Assembly (NCBI RefSeq): GCF_040938485.1
Contig: NW_027271095.1
Span: forward strand, 124,001-188,000
Direction: 5' to 3'
Source of the DNA: Diadema antillarum
Taxonomy: Eukaryota
Length of the DNA stretch: 64,000 nt
Shown here in pieces: positions 38,327 through 51,946 of this stretch. A program made the translations under genes and the position numbers. Position 1 is the stretch's first letter, and each line of letters starts with the position of its first letter. The notes beneath the pieces were generated by a model that was not told the origin of the DNA, searched no databases, and worked only from the letters and a program-made list of their open reading frames with translations.

Positions 38327-40906
38327 TACAGACAAACGTTGCTCGAATTACAGTATGATTCTTTGTTTTAAAGCTACTTGTGCCCAGTTGCGATGGTCTT
38401 GTCTAATGAATATTCAAAATCTAGATTTAGAAATATCACAGATGGTAACCTAACGAAACTGGAATAATTTTCCATTCATATTGGTCCTCAAATTATACAA
38501 AATCATTTTATTATAACATGACATGTTATAAAGTCGACATTCGGCATCAGACAAAAGGGTCACATTTTATAAATGAAATTTCATGAGAAATTTAATTCCC
38601 CAATTGAACTGTTTCGTGTGTCTGTACTTGTTTTTGCATGTTGATCATTATGTAATCATTCATTTCCTTTCAGACAAGTAAAAAAGCAGTTATACCTGGT
38701 CATTATTTTCTTAGGTTCTTATTTGAGAATTAACGGTGAGTAATAGTCTCTGTTGTGGCTCAGAGGAGCTTTTTCGGTTCAGTTTGAAAGATCATCGGAC
38801 TCAACCATTGTGTCCCAGACGAATCCGTTGGCTGTATATAAGTGGCAATATAGTCACCTTAAAAAACATTGCCCATCAGAGATATCACTGAGCAATCGGT
38901 CTTTTGCTTGGATGCGTAATATGACCATTTCATAGCTTCCTCGATGGACCAAATTTAAAATACTAACCCACATTTTCGGTCCCGCACCACGCAACATGAG
39001 TGCGAGCACACAAACAATTGACACAGTTATCTCGCCACCCTTGACCACTAACCTCTTCATAGGCAAGCTCTTCCAGAGGGTGTCTGATGCCCTGGTGCTG
39101 GAAGGCCATGTACTCGTCCACCTTCGCGCGTTTTTCAATGTCCGCTGGGTACCAGTTGTCCGGGTAATCATTCGGGTACTTCATCGTCAAGTACCGTAGT
39201 ATGGCAACACTGTGAAAGTTGGAATATATAGGGGAACGTGTCAGCATCGGTGGGTGATACATTCAAACGTTCTTCCTCCTGTTAGTGACTTCAATTGGTT
39301 AATTGAACGGTTTGAGGCAATGAAAGCTAATATCGGCTGCATCGAACTTCGTGAGCACGGGGGGCAATAATATATTTAACGGATTCATTGCTATTATTGC
39401 ACTTTGAGAAATCATCGTTTTGCAATGAGAAAGTATAAGTTGGAATGACAGTATTTTACCAATGGATCTTACCACTATCAATCATTGAATGAATCTGAAC
39501 ATTTGAAAAAGTATATTTGGCTTATCTATTTCATTTGGAAACCAAAGTTAACAGAAATCTATACAGTTTTTTTTCTTAAAGATTTGAACTGATCTCACAC
39601 ACCAAAGTATCGCTGTCAATCAAATTTTATAAACCCTCTTTAGAACTCCAATCTGTCATCAATAAAAGAAGAAATTAAAGGGTATGGGAATGTCTCTCTT
39701 TTTGTAAGGAATTTAGCTCGTTCAAAAGTGTCAATTTGTTTCTAAAGTACCTCTCGGATAAACAGAAGTCTCCATCCTTCATTGCAGGAACCTGCATCAT
39801 TGGATTGATGGCCTGGAACTCGGGCTTCTTATGCTCGTCTGAGGAGAGAATTATCACATTTTCACACTATTTTCTAAAAAATAAAAGTAATCGCCAATAC
39901 ACGAGGAATTTAGTGAAAGTACCAAGAAATAACATCTCTATTTTCAACTAAAACTGTTAAACTCTAAAGTACTGAAAATCTATAGAGAACGTAACTATCA
40001 GACACACGTTCAGACACATGGCATACATCAGAGGGGCTCATATATTATTTCAAGATTAACTTCACAGGGCCCGGGTCACATTATATACACTCAGTAAAAC
40101 AAGAAAGTAAACACTTTTTCATCTTCATCTTTCTCATAGATTGTTTAGCTAATGATTGATACGTTAAAGGTAATTTAATTGGCTATCAACCTTGCAGGTC
40201 AATAAAAAGGGGACACGTTACGCATGAGTAAACACGTTCGTTTTTCTCTTCCAAGGCACAAAAGTAAAAATTGCAATAATGGACAAGTTGTTATTCAAGC
40301 GCATGTGCTCTTCCATATAACAATGAAACAAAAGACAGATTCAACAAAATAAAAATTGCAAATTGATATACAAAAATCAACCTATGATATCATTATGTCT
40401 CTGTAACCCTCCAAAGATAAAGAAATGCAAAAAATAACTTCGAAAATAAAACTGTGTGAAGCCAAGTGCATAGAGAATCTTTCCTGTATAGAGAATACTA
40501 ACCATGAGCTATCATGCTATAGAGGTCTGAGCGGATCACAGGTGTCCTCAGGTAAGGTCATCACGTTTGCATATACAGCTGTTGGACCTTGCCTCGTCCA
40601 CTACTCATGGGAAGCAGAGACAATTCCCCTCCCGAGCCCCTCCCAATTTTGATATAACAATTACAGATGCAAACAAAAGGTGTGACGAGCTCCTCGCTCT
40701 CATATTCTGTGCATAATAATACACAGTAGATCAATTAAATTGCATCGGCGAGCCATACAGTATGAACAGAAACTACGAACAATTTTATACGCACCCTTCA
40801 GGAGTTCTACGTAGACGAACTCGTGAGGGATTTTCGAGTTCTTTAGAAAGAGCATGACGGAGCGACAAGGCTGCGACAGCACATCGACAAAGACCTTCAC
40901 CACCAT
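36095..40906 (-). CDS. GSTT1: Glutathione S-transferase theta class, paralog C (229 aa, recent duplicate of B)
   Basis: Exons 40906-40795 (112), 39838-39751 (88), 39209-39053 (157), 37433-37263 (171), 36256-36095 (162). All introns are GT-AG, the frame is open, and the protein is near-identical to B. Confidence 0.95.
37707..38359. mobile_element. DINE/HINE-like element with (ACAG)n in GST C intron 3
   Basis: Begins at (a)CTAG, contains poly-G, a ~58-bp internal tandem repeat and tgacctttgacc, and ends with (acag)n…agtatgat. It is absent from GST B intron 3 (26350). No TSD seen. Confidence 0.65.
40088..40438. mobile_element. Left remnant of the Tc1-like element; right part deleted in GST C intron 1
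   Basis: Aligns with 28095-28462 and then jumps to the sequence matching 30364. Confidence 0.75.
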
Positions 40907-41605
40907 GTTGGACGTCTTGCTCTCGATCTTCCAGCAGGTATAATACAGTAATGTGCATTAACCTTCTCTCGCGGTATCACAAGTACATTATTATGATTTG
41001 CGCAAGTCATTCCGCCCATTATACAGAATGTCGGCTGTCGACACTTGAAGTTCAACGTATCGTCGGTACCGTATTGTGTAAACATAACCTTTTAACTGAT
41101 TTATGCTTCGCGTGGTGACCTATTGCAAAAGATAAAAAAAGGAACGAAATACAATGTACAGGGTCGGAGCTACTGCGATATGACTCATATAGCACATAGA
41201 TTGTGGTGGACGCATGATAATATAATCATTTAGGACTACGTGTGTCGTGATAAAATAATTTCATATTTCATGTTAGGATAATTGAGACATACAATGCATG
41301 CATGCATACACATACTGGCACACACACACACACACACACACGGCCACACACATGTTTACATAGTAAAACCTGCACTAGCGGCTCTCTCATGTCAATAGCG
41401 GCCACCTGCCGTAAAAGGCCACTAAAATGTTATCTAATGAAACTTTGCTTTTGACGGCTTTCACTTTCATACGCGGCAGATCAACTTTGATTCGCGTGAT
41501 ACATAGCCGACGCCAAGTCAAGTGTGCGTGTGTGTTGGGGGGGGGGGGGGGCACTCCCGGGTTTCATCAGCTAACAAGCAGCAGGTGCATTTTGTTATGT
41601 CATCA

Positions 41606-42222
41606 TTATTACTTTGTATAGATGATGACTGGCGGGGGAGGGAACATACCGAATGTTCCACCCGAAGGGTTTGAAATGCTATTGAGGGAGGTTATAAGTC
41701 CCGAGACGAAGTCGAGGGACTTATAGCCTCCCGAAATAGCATTTCAAACCCTGAGGGTGGAACGTTTGGTACATGTTCCCGACAACAAAATTCATCATCT
41801 GTTATATTATATGGGTTAGTCAAATACGTCAACGTCAACCACCAAAGATCGTTGAGATTCAGTGTACTTACGCGTAGCTAGCGCAGTGCGCTACACAGCG
41901 ACTGGGCTGTAGTTACAGTGTATGATCTTTGCAATTAACCACCAGCATGCATGCAGAGCTAAATTCACTGTGCGCGCGTGGGTGACCCAAAGATAGTAGA
42001 TTAGTTAAGGGGGTTTGGGGTGACCGGTCCTACATGGCCTTCTGTCATTTGTTACGTGAAAATGTTCTCCCATGGGAGAACATTACCAAGAATGTTCGCC
42101 CATGGGCGAACATAACGAATGTACCTCCATTATGTTCGCCCATGGGCGAACATAACGAATGTACCTCCATCACGTGACTCTGTTTAGCCAATCACTAACC
42201 GGTATTTGACTAACCCATTTAA
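41606..42222. mobile_element. Copy-C-specific composite insertion upstream of GST C
   Basis: Absent at the B site (31535). It consists of a long hairpin at 41620-41800 and a unit with 24-bp inverted ends at 41804-42225 that contains a ~39-bp tandem duplication. Confidence 0.7.
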
Positions 42223-42993
42223 TATAATAAAATAGGTTATTCTAGATTAGTTAAAGGCATTACTTAAATTTGCAGATGAAATAAAAACCCAGCATTAGTC
42301 CTTCAAAATAGTTCTAAAATGTGAGTTAGGGATAGAAACAACCAATGTGATAATTTTAATCATTAAATAATCGATGTTAAGTATTGTTAAATATACAAAA
42401 TGTGAACAATAGTTATGATAACATTGTTTCCAGAATAGTGACCGTCTACAGTTATGGTTTATTGAGAAAAATAGTGATAGCTCCTTATATTTTAGGTTTT
42501 ACTGCAAATTTTATATATGGTAGGACGTTTTGTGATACAACTGAACTACACATATGCATCAAATGTGATAAACCAAACATTTCTACATTACTGTTTCAAA
42601 TGTAACCAATACCTTTAATGTTCTATCATATCAGCTAATAGAAATGTAAAAAAACAAAAACAAATAAAAAAGCAGATAGTGGAGAGCATGATTCAAATGC
42701 TACCAAGAGGGATAAGAGAGCTGTTAAACGTGTTTCATATAATCATATTTACATTGTATATTATATGTGTATATAATCCTATATATAGTCCTTTGGAATG
42801 GTCCAGTTGTGGGTCGGTCGATGGAGGTGCACACTGATTTTGATTTTTCAGTACTTATCGCATTTATACACTGTATTTTTTTTTTTGTATTTGTATTTTT
42901 GTATTATTTTGGTCTAAATATTAATTTTCCCGGTAAATCGTGCGCTTAGAAACATCCGCATTAAGCGCCTTATAAATGTTCTGTATTATTATT

Positions 42994-43035
<42 letters not shown>

Positions 43036-45105
43036 TATATATATATGTTATATATGTTATATATATAACATATATAACATATATATGCAATATATAACAT
43101 ATTGCCAACAGAATATTTCCAGGAGCAAACGTATTTTGTACGTTTGCTTCAGAAACGGATTTAATTTTACATCTTTTTCGCACCCTGGCCGCTGACGAAG
43201 AGTGCGACTACCTGCTTGTACAATTATGACTTGCGAGCTCCTCCGGCAGGAAGGAGTTTCCTGAATTTGCCGTTTTGGTTTTTCATATATATATATACAA
43301 ATGTATATATCTTATATATATATATATAGGTAAATAGATATGTGTAGTTGTCACTAATAAATCAATCGTTTCTGGTCAGTTTCCTTTTGTTTGTTTTCAT
43401 TGTATAAATAACCCACTTATTCAGTTTTGGGCATACTGAGGGTGGTATCGAAACAAAGGGAAGCTGAGGAAACAGCTGATACAGAAAACATATTGCCAAC
43501 AGAATAAATGGATGGATGAATTTATTTCCATATGAAATAAGAGGTAGAAACAACTAAATGGAAAAGAAAGAATGACAAAGATTATGAAGTGAAATGCAAC
43601 AAGAACCAGGCATCTATGATACTTAATTTATAACCTACACTTCCATGGTGCATGTGCACATCATTAGTTAAAAGGCAACTATCATATTTTCATTGCAGAA
43701 TTTTTCGACTGATTGCATCAATTGTAATGCTCACGAAAGGTTGATCCAATTCTTGGGTTTCTTCAATGCAATATAACATCACAGAGTAATCTTAATGATA
43801 ACGACTGTGGATTTATGTCATACCAATTTGTTTCAAATAACAAATTAAGTACACACCATACATTAGGCAAGATAGGGTTCATTTTTTTTTCAAGGGTAAC
43901 TTAATAAAGAGGTATAGAAGCAATCACTGAATTGAAAGGAAACAATGACAAATACAATAGTATGAAGTGAAAACGTAACAAGAACAGACATTTATAAAAT
44001 TCAATCTATAATGTACACTTTCATGGCACGTATGCATGTCAATACTAAAATGGCAACTACATTGTATTACACTGCAGTATCTTATTTTCTCTGCATAATT
44101 TTCAGCTGATTGGATCAATCATAATGCTCTCAAATGATTGATCTAGTAACAAACTACATGATAGTAGGACCAACTACTTTATTTCTTGTATCTAGTAACA
44201 AACTACATGATAGTAGGGCCAACTACTTTATTTCTTGTGTATCTTCACCACAATATAACATCACTGAAAAGATGGTAAGTACTGCGTCTTGATGCTATTT
44301 GAATTTGTTCATACTGACAAATTTGAGCATTGCATCATATAGCACTCCCTATACATTACACATGTTTTTGCTCTTTTTTCCATTTGAGGGTAATTAACTC
44401 ATAACAAGGTATTTTTCTGGGGGGGGGGAGCTCCTTCTTTTTTTATGGTAACACAATTTGAAGTATTATTTCTACATTTCCACAGTACATAACATGATTC
44501 TTAATGACTGCATGCAACACAATATGAAATATTAATGTTCTCAGACACGTTTGAATCTTGTATTGTCCTCTATATCAACTGTAGCTTCTCACATCTTCTC
44601 ATTCTTTAATATGTTTGAATATACATGTATCACGAGAGCTCATGATAACTTCAAAGCAGACTGATGTACACCTGTAGGCCTACTTGGGAATGTATGAAAT
44701 CACAACTAGTTATAGGTTATGCTCTTGGGGTCCTTCAAGTAGTGCAATTTTACTGTTTTAAGTGTATGTTATTATTTCATTATCCATGTTCATAGGTGGA
44801 ATGTATGTTTTATGTAGCTCACACATAAGCAATAACAAGACACTATATTTCTTTATAAATGTTTTCAAATCTTCTTGTTACATCCAGTAAGACCTTAAAA
44901 AAACATACCAAAACTCTCCATAAAACGTTAACATGTGCAACATGTTTATAATCAGGGAGGTGAGACCTGTTATAATCAATATGCACCATCTGTACAGAAT
45001 CTAAAACATGAACAGTTTGTTCTTGAGCTATTTGTTGATATGTCCATCGAAGGAGCACATCAGGTTTGTTTTGGTCAATGGCAGTGGGCAGTATCTTTCA
45101 CAAGA

Positions 45106-48100
45106 TCACTTCTTGTTCTGCTCGACAAAGTTGTCTCTCCTCTTGTAGATTGTTTCGAAGACCTCGTCAAACTCTGGATTCAGTCTTTCCCGGACTCTAG
45201 CGATGTAGGCCTTCACGGCGTCATTGTCCTCAATGACGGGGGCTCTAGACATGGTGTTCTGAACCAACTGTGTCACAGAGATGTGAGAAAGATGACAGAG
45301 ATGTGATATAAAGGACACTGATTAAGCTGCCTATGGGCTTGTTCATATTGTCAAACCTGCCTTAGCAGCCACCTGTTTATAGTGGTCACCTGCCATATCA
45401 GCCACTGAAAAAATTTCCCCTGAGAGAAAAGCCACGTAAAAGACCTTGTCTAGCAACCACTCGACTACAAAAGTCACTGTATATCTCCCTTGGGTGGCCA
45501 CCATATACAGATTTGACTGATACTTATATCATAAAGAATTCCATTTGCAAACAAAATATGAACAATTATCAACAAAGAATCATCATTCAATATGACTAAG
45601 AACTCTTGTGTGTGAACATACCATTTTCGTGGCATTTTGCTAATGATCTCTACTCGAGTAGGCTGATCAAATCCCTATATCATGTAAGTCTAAAACTTCT
45701 GTTTGATAGTTGTAGAGTACGATGACAAAGCTAAAATTGAACAATCTATTTCATTCTGTAATAGAACATTTAACCAACTGCTTCATTATCCTCACAAAGC
45801 AAACAATGAATGGAATGCTCCACTCTATGAATCAACATGCTGCTACCATTTATAACATCTTCCTCATTAATTTAACTGCCATGACTAAAATCTAAATATA
45901 AGATTTTATTATTTTAAAACAACCTACCAATCTTATCTGCAAAAGGAAAGGGTGTTTGTTATTTGATCTCTTCTTCACTAAGCATCATCACAGAGCCAGA
46001 AATAATAATTGTACATACAAGGTGCATAACAACTACCTATCCAAACCCATACTAGCAATAGAATCCAGGCATGCAGAGTTGATTGGTTTGTTGTGCCATC
46101 TTGGATTACCTTACCTCACTAACAGAAAGCACGTCGGCAAAGCTCAGTTCATCTCCCAGGAGATACGATCTATCCTTCAACCACACGTCAGTGAAGACAG
46201 CCATCTTTTTCCTAGCCGTCTCTAGGTGCTTAGTCACTGCCTCCTCAGAGATTGGTTTCCCTGTGAGGATTGGGAGCCACACCTATCGGTGGAATACAAT
46301 GGTAATGCCAAGGCAAGAGCATGGTTGAGAGGACATAGGTTACAAGTATAGGCCTACCGTCAACCTTGCCTAAGTCGAATCTATTTGGCCTGAAGAAATA
46401 GCTTCGATTTGGAGAAAATTTGACTTATGAGGGATTAACATCAATAGAATTTAAAGAGTAAAGGACAAAGACCTTCGGACTTGGGCGATTATATGACCTA
46501 CATTGTATGCGAGGTCATTGTAGTCCAATAAGATATCATGTAAGGTTATTGAAATAACCATTGTAATGCTGAACTTTCACATGGAGGTGCTTTCATGTTG
46601 AAAATCTTGTACTGACTAATTTGGAATTATATATCTTCATCATTAAAAAATTACACAGGGTTTTTAAGGAGCTCAGTGATTCACATGATCCACATCACTT
46701 TTCTCATCCCAGAAACATGAATCAGATGTCCAGTTAAACTTGGAATCAAATGGCTCTATGCAGAATGATGTCAACCAAGTTCAGGCCAGTATGGAGGGGG
46801 CGATCACAGTGCTGACTACCAATATATCTAAAATGACTACAGTTTGCACATTGAGCGGTCATGCAGGATAGCCAATCTGTAACTTTATGGTGACACAGAT
46901 TACCAAAGATGGCCAATATATCGCCCTGCCTTGCAACAATGCAGCACTGAAGGCCCTTCACAAATCCTCCTAGAAAAAAAAAGTATGTATAGAGACCTTA
47001 CTAAAATGTTAAAAGTCCATATTAACCCTATACACACAGCCACATTACCACTCCTTCCGGTCTCAAACAGTACAGCTCACCCTTTCCCTAGCCTAATGCA
47101 AAAGATTGTTGTTCCTCCAGTGTCAACTAAAGACATCCCCATATCAAGCTTCATGTTCATAGTGTCTTTCAAAAAAGGGCCAGAGCATTAAAGGACAAGT
47201 CCATCTTCATATACATAAGGATTGAGAGAATGCAGCAATATCAGGGAATATCAGGGAATGTGTACTTTTTTTTTAAAAATGAAATTTTGTGGAATTCTCT
47301 ATTTTCCTTATCATTATCATTCTATGCACACTCTTATTTCTTCCGAGTCAAAAATTTTTCACTCCAATCCGTGTAAATTTAACACCAACCGTGTACTTCT
47401 GACTCAAATCCGAGTTATCATTTTGGTTATCGGACTTTTTACACCTGCGCAGAGTCACATCAGAAATACCCAGCGCGGTGTACATGACATACGCGCGCTA
47501 CAATTGGACAAAACATGTCATGTGTCCTATGTGACGTAGTATCCCCGCGAAAAAAAAAGAAGCGCCATTTCTCGACGATCCGCCGTGGCTGCAGGATGTC
47601 TTACAACTTTTTGTCTTCAAGATGGACAATTTTGTGTGCACTTTTCTAGAGGAATGCAGAATGGAAGAATACATAGGAGTTTTCACCGGTGATTACCCAC
47701 CTCATTCACAACACTCATATAAATAATTGCCTGAAACATGGTCTAAACAGTCCATTTTATTTAGGGCAAAATGAACTTTCAACACGGACACATTGACTGG
47801 TAATGGCGTAGCCGTACGGTAGCTCGTACCTTTTGTACGTAGCCTGGGCTATATGCTATACGTTTAGAACCATTTGTAAACCTACCTATTCTAATAACAT
47901 GTAATAAATAAGTTTCAATCCGCCCCCTTCCCGTAGTTTCATCGTACCATACGGGTAGGTTCCATGCATGTACAGTGGAGGTGTAGCTAGGTAGGTTCAC
48001 ATCTATTGCAGATTGGTTCTAACGTACAGCATATAGCCCAGGGCTACGTACAAACGGTACGAGTTGCCGTACGGCTGCCTATGGCTACGCCATTACCAGT

Positions 48101-51100
48101 CAATGTGTCCGTGTCGAAAGTTCATTTTGCTCCAAATAAAACTGACTGTCAGGTAATTATTTATATGAGTGTTATGAGTGTTATGAGTGTTGTGAATGAG
48201 GTGGGTACTCACCGATGAAAACTCCTATGTATTCCTCCATTCCGCATTCCTCTAGAAAAGTGCACACCAAATCGAGTCATTACTACACCAATGGGTTACT
48301 TACAATGCGGGTAACGACACCGTATCAGAGTGACATTGTGATCTTTTGATTCGGAAATCCGTGTCATTTTGCACCTAACTGACCCCATTTCCGAGTCAAA
48401 TTTGACACTTTCCGAGTTAATTTGACACCACAGAAATGACTCGGAAAGTGACTCGGAATCAGAGTGATATCATTTGACTCGGAAGTCCGAGTAGCTTTCA
48501 CTCGGAAGGAGTTGACTCCCAGCTGGCACCATTTCCGAGTCATATTTCACACTTTCCGAGTTATTTTTGACGCCGCAGAAATAAGAGTGCATGTGACATC
48601 ATACACTGTAGTAGTCTTCTCATGCATGCATTAGTGACTCTGCAGAAATTTCAAAAATCATAACTTTTGAATGGATTGCCCAATTTTCCTCAAACTTTCA
48701 CTGATGTGTTCTATTGATATTGCTGCATTCTCTCAATCCTTATGTATATGACAGTGGACTTGTCCTTTAAACCTGACAATGATAAATATAACTGCCGGCC
48801 AATGTCTTCAAACACCTGCCTCTTCCACAGCCACAGCCTCAAGAGGTTCCCGGACACCCTGGTGGTGGAAAGCCATGTACTCGTCTACCTTGGCTCGTCT
48901 TTCAATGTCCGCTGGGTACCAGTGGTCTGGGAAGTCATTGGGGTACTTTGCCGTCAGGTACCGGAATATTGCAACTCTGTCAAGGATGACCGTAAGATAT
49001 ATTATCATCAAGTTATATTCAAACTCCTATACACATTGACAGTATCCCTGTTCTTGCTGTAAGATGGGAAATATATGATAGCATGATTCCAAAAGAAATA
49101 CAAACTTTGGGAGAGAATAAGAGAATCTTTCCTGAGAGATAAAATAAATGATATTCAAAGTCGACAAGAATGTTAACAGTAGATTCTGAAGTTAAAACAT
49201 TAAATTAGAAAGTTTCTCTTTACGTATGGAGTGTATTAAATGAAACTTCAGAAAAATTTTATGCACTGGTTATGATAGCCATCCATTAATCAGAAATTGA
49301 TACAAAGTTGTCAAGTTTAGTGACCAACATAATCCACAGTACATCGATCTGTTTACCATAACAATGCTTGTTACTAAACAAAGACATTGTTCTTGCGTTT
49401 AAATTGCGGACTGCATGATGAGGAATACAGGTTGAGGTGTAAGGGGAAAAAGTCTTTTATAGGGAAAAAATAAAACATTTGGTATATGCAGACAGAAATG
49501 AAATGGGGAAAACACAATTGAGGATATCAATCAGAAAACATGTACGCACGTCTCAGACAAGCAGAAGTCTCCATCCTTCATTGCAGGAACTCGCATCATT
49601 GGATTGATGGCCTGGAACTCAGGCCTCTTCTGCTCTCCTGTGGGTTTAGTAATAATTCAAGAATAATGTCAGCATTCAACACAGTTAAGTATACTGAGAC
49701 AGAGAGCAAGTAAGAAAGGTCTGGGGTGGTTGGGGCTTCGAGGAGCTCAAGAGAGCAAAGCACTTTGGGATTTTCATTATTCATATTATATCACAAGTAT
49801 GTGTGACTTGTGTAAATCTGTTCGGGTACTATAAGAAGTACACACAGATCATGTGTCATACACACAATCCAAGCAGGAATGTAGAGCTATAGCTTAAGCA
49901 GAGTCTGGCAAATTGTTGTTTTTATGTGTAGACCATGGTTGTTTGTACTGCATGTACATATAATAATACAGTTTGGTTCACCAGTGTCATGTGGGTGCAA
50001 AGGGGTGGGGCATACGGTGTAAAAATGTAACAAATGTAGATACATGTATATGTATTCTTGGAGAATTAGAAACAGATGTGTGTGTCTGTTTGTACAGGAA
50101 TCATGAGATAATTCCCCACACAATGCACAGAATATGTATCTCCAGCTCTTTACAAAGTGATTAGATGGGAGAAGAATTTTTTTAAGGAGTTGTTGCTTTA
50201 TTTGTCAGATGGGGTGAAATATGAACAAATGTGTGTAAAGCTTTTTAATACATACATTGGGAAAAAATATATATCATTTTTTACTTATGTAGATTTTATC
50301 GTGACCTGGGCCCTAGCTGTTGCATACAGCAAAAGATAGACCTGCAATCAAACATAACTCGTAAAATCAAACATATAATAGATCCATTATTAGCCAATCA
50401 GAATTGGACATTCAGAGATTTATGCTTGATTTTCTGAGTTATGTTTGATCTCAACTTTTATGCAATCCACGGTCCTAGTCAGTAACAGTAACCCACCTCT
50501 GGTATGCCATGCCATCCATACCAGTTTAATGAAGAGACAGCTGAGTTGCATATATTATAACTACAAAAATATTAAAACAAGCTCTATCCACAAAATGCAG
50601 ATTTTTTTTTTAATCTTTAATAATCACATGAAACACAATTTCGATTATTGTTTGAATGTATTATCTTAACGGAGGAATTTGACATGGCAATTTTTATGGT
50701 TGATGACTACAGCCATAATGATAACATCAGTTTTGATATCCGTACATCCTTATTCATAGCCATTCAAATTACTATTCTCACATTTGCACGGGAAGTTCTG
50801 GTATGGAGGAAAAGAAAATTTTAATGGTAAAGGCGATCAATGATATTGCTGAATGTAATATCTTCTTCTTTTTTTACCCTCATACACCTGTTCCCTATAC
50901 CTTTCGACTTTACAGCATCTTTTTTGTGCTTTTGTTTGGTTTCTGCTTCATGTTCATTACCTCTTGCAAAAAAAGAAGAAGTAATAATAATAATCTTTTT
51001 TTTTTTCATCGTCTGTTAGTGTTGTGTGAATACAGAGTCAGTTTATATTTAGTTATTCTATACGTGATTCCACATTGTTTCTTTGAACAGTACGCCATAC

Positions 51101-51598
51101 CCGGACTACAATGGACACACATATGTATACACCAAATCATGGTACTCATTCACGACACGTGATCTGGCACAATTCAAGTGCAGTGGCAGTGTGTCTAGCA
51201 ACCACTGTCGCACTGAACCGGCAAAGGATTACCTCACATCCAAATGATTTTTTTTTTCCATTCACAACATTTCGCTATACGAAATTCTCTGTACAAATCA
51301 GTCTTGCATGCTGACTGATAGATAGAAAACAAGAAGAAGGTTCCTACTCTGAACAAGATAACGACTCAAATGTCCAGTTTCAGCTTGCATTTGATAATTC
51401 ATACATGCACGAGTAAAAGCGACAGTATTAAACTTTAATCAATCATTTCACTTACTCCATAATAACCTGGTTATGTATATACTTACCTTCCAGCGTTTCC
51501 ACGTTCTCGAGCTCAAAGGGAATTTTCGAATTCTTCAGGAAAACGATGAGAGCTCGGCATGGCTGGGAAAGCAAATCGACATAGATCGTCACCACCAT
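45106..51598 (-). CDS. GSTT1: Glutathione S-transferase theta class, paralog D (228 aa, 5 exons)
   Basis: Exons 51598-51487 (112), 49637-49550 (88), 48976-48820 (157), 46282-46115 (168), 45267-45106 (162). Motifs: MVVTIYVDLLSQPCR, INPMMRVP, WYPADIERRAKVDEY, LSFAD. Intron 3 needs a GC donor to stay in frame. Confidence 0.93.
45348..45519. mobile_element. Tigger-like MITE in GST D intron 4
   Basis: Termini GTCAAACCTG…CAGATTTGACTG. Related partial sequences lie at about 31280 and 41363. Confidence 0.55.
47329..48589. mobile_element. CACTA/EnSpm-like non-autonomous element (middle layer)
   Basis: TIR CACTCTTATTTCT / AGAAATAAGAGTG, 2-bp TSD CA, and many TTCCGAGT / ACTCGGAA subterminal repeats. 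Confidence 0.75.
47634..48267. mobile_element. Foldback MITE with ~250-bp inverted arms (inner layer)
   Basis: GTGTGCACTTTTCTAGAGGAATG… pairs with …CATTCCTCTAGAAAAGTGCACAC over roughly 250 bp. The TSD is not resolved. Confidence 0.8.
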
Positions 51599-51877
51599 TT
51601 TGATTTCTTCGATCTTGATGTTCTAATGTGCAGACGTAGACTCGGTTAAGAACGCGCGTTTTACTCCCGCACTAGTTGTCACTTCTTTTGGAGGCCCGTT
51701 TTCTATCACATACTGTAATCTCTTGACATTATGACCTCACATAGCTGTACCCTGGGAATCTCTCCCGCACTCACCCACCCGTCTTTTGAATAAAATTATG
51801 TTGATCAAGTTCGCTCGCTCTTTGGATTCTTGACCTTTGCCATTCACATGACGACCGCACAAATCCAGCTCTTATGT

Positions 51878-51912
51878 CAGGGGCCGCGGAACGTTTTTCA
51901 GTTTGGGGGGGT

Positions 51913-51946
<34 letters not shown>

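Larger units (their letters stand above)
9366..43000. repeat. Tandem segmental duplication: unit B (9366-9463 plus 20507-32305) and unit C (32590-about 43000)
   Basis: Collinear similarity across intergenic DNA, introns, exons and upstream regions of GST B and C. Similarity stops at (TA)n arrays. Confidence 0.9.
47192..48766. mobile_element. Kolobok-like non-autonomous element (outer layer of a nested stack) in GST D intron 3
   Basis: TTAA at 47188-47191 and 48767-48770, with ~50-bp TIRs AGGACAAGTCCA…CATATACATAAGGATTGAGAGAATGCAGCAATATCA. Confidence 0.85.

Noticed and set aside
44147-44240. ~46-bp direct tandem duplication downstream of GST D
   Set aside because: An ordinary local slippage duplication with no further structure.
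48811-48820. GST D as a frameshifted pseudogene if the GT donor at 48815 is used
   Set aside because: The GC donor at 48819 gives the same 157-nt exon as the three paralogs and an open frame to a normal stop.
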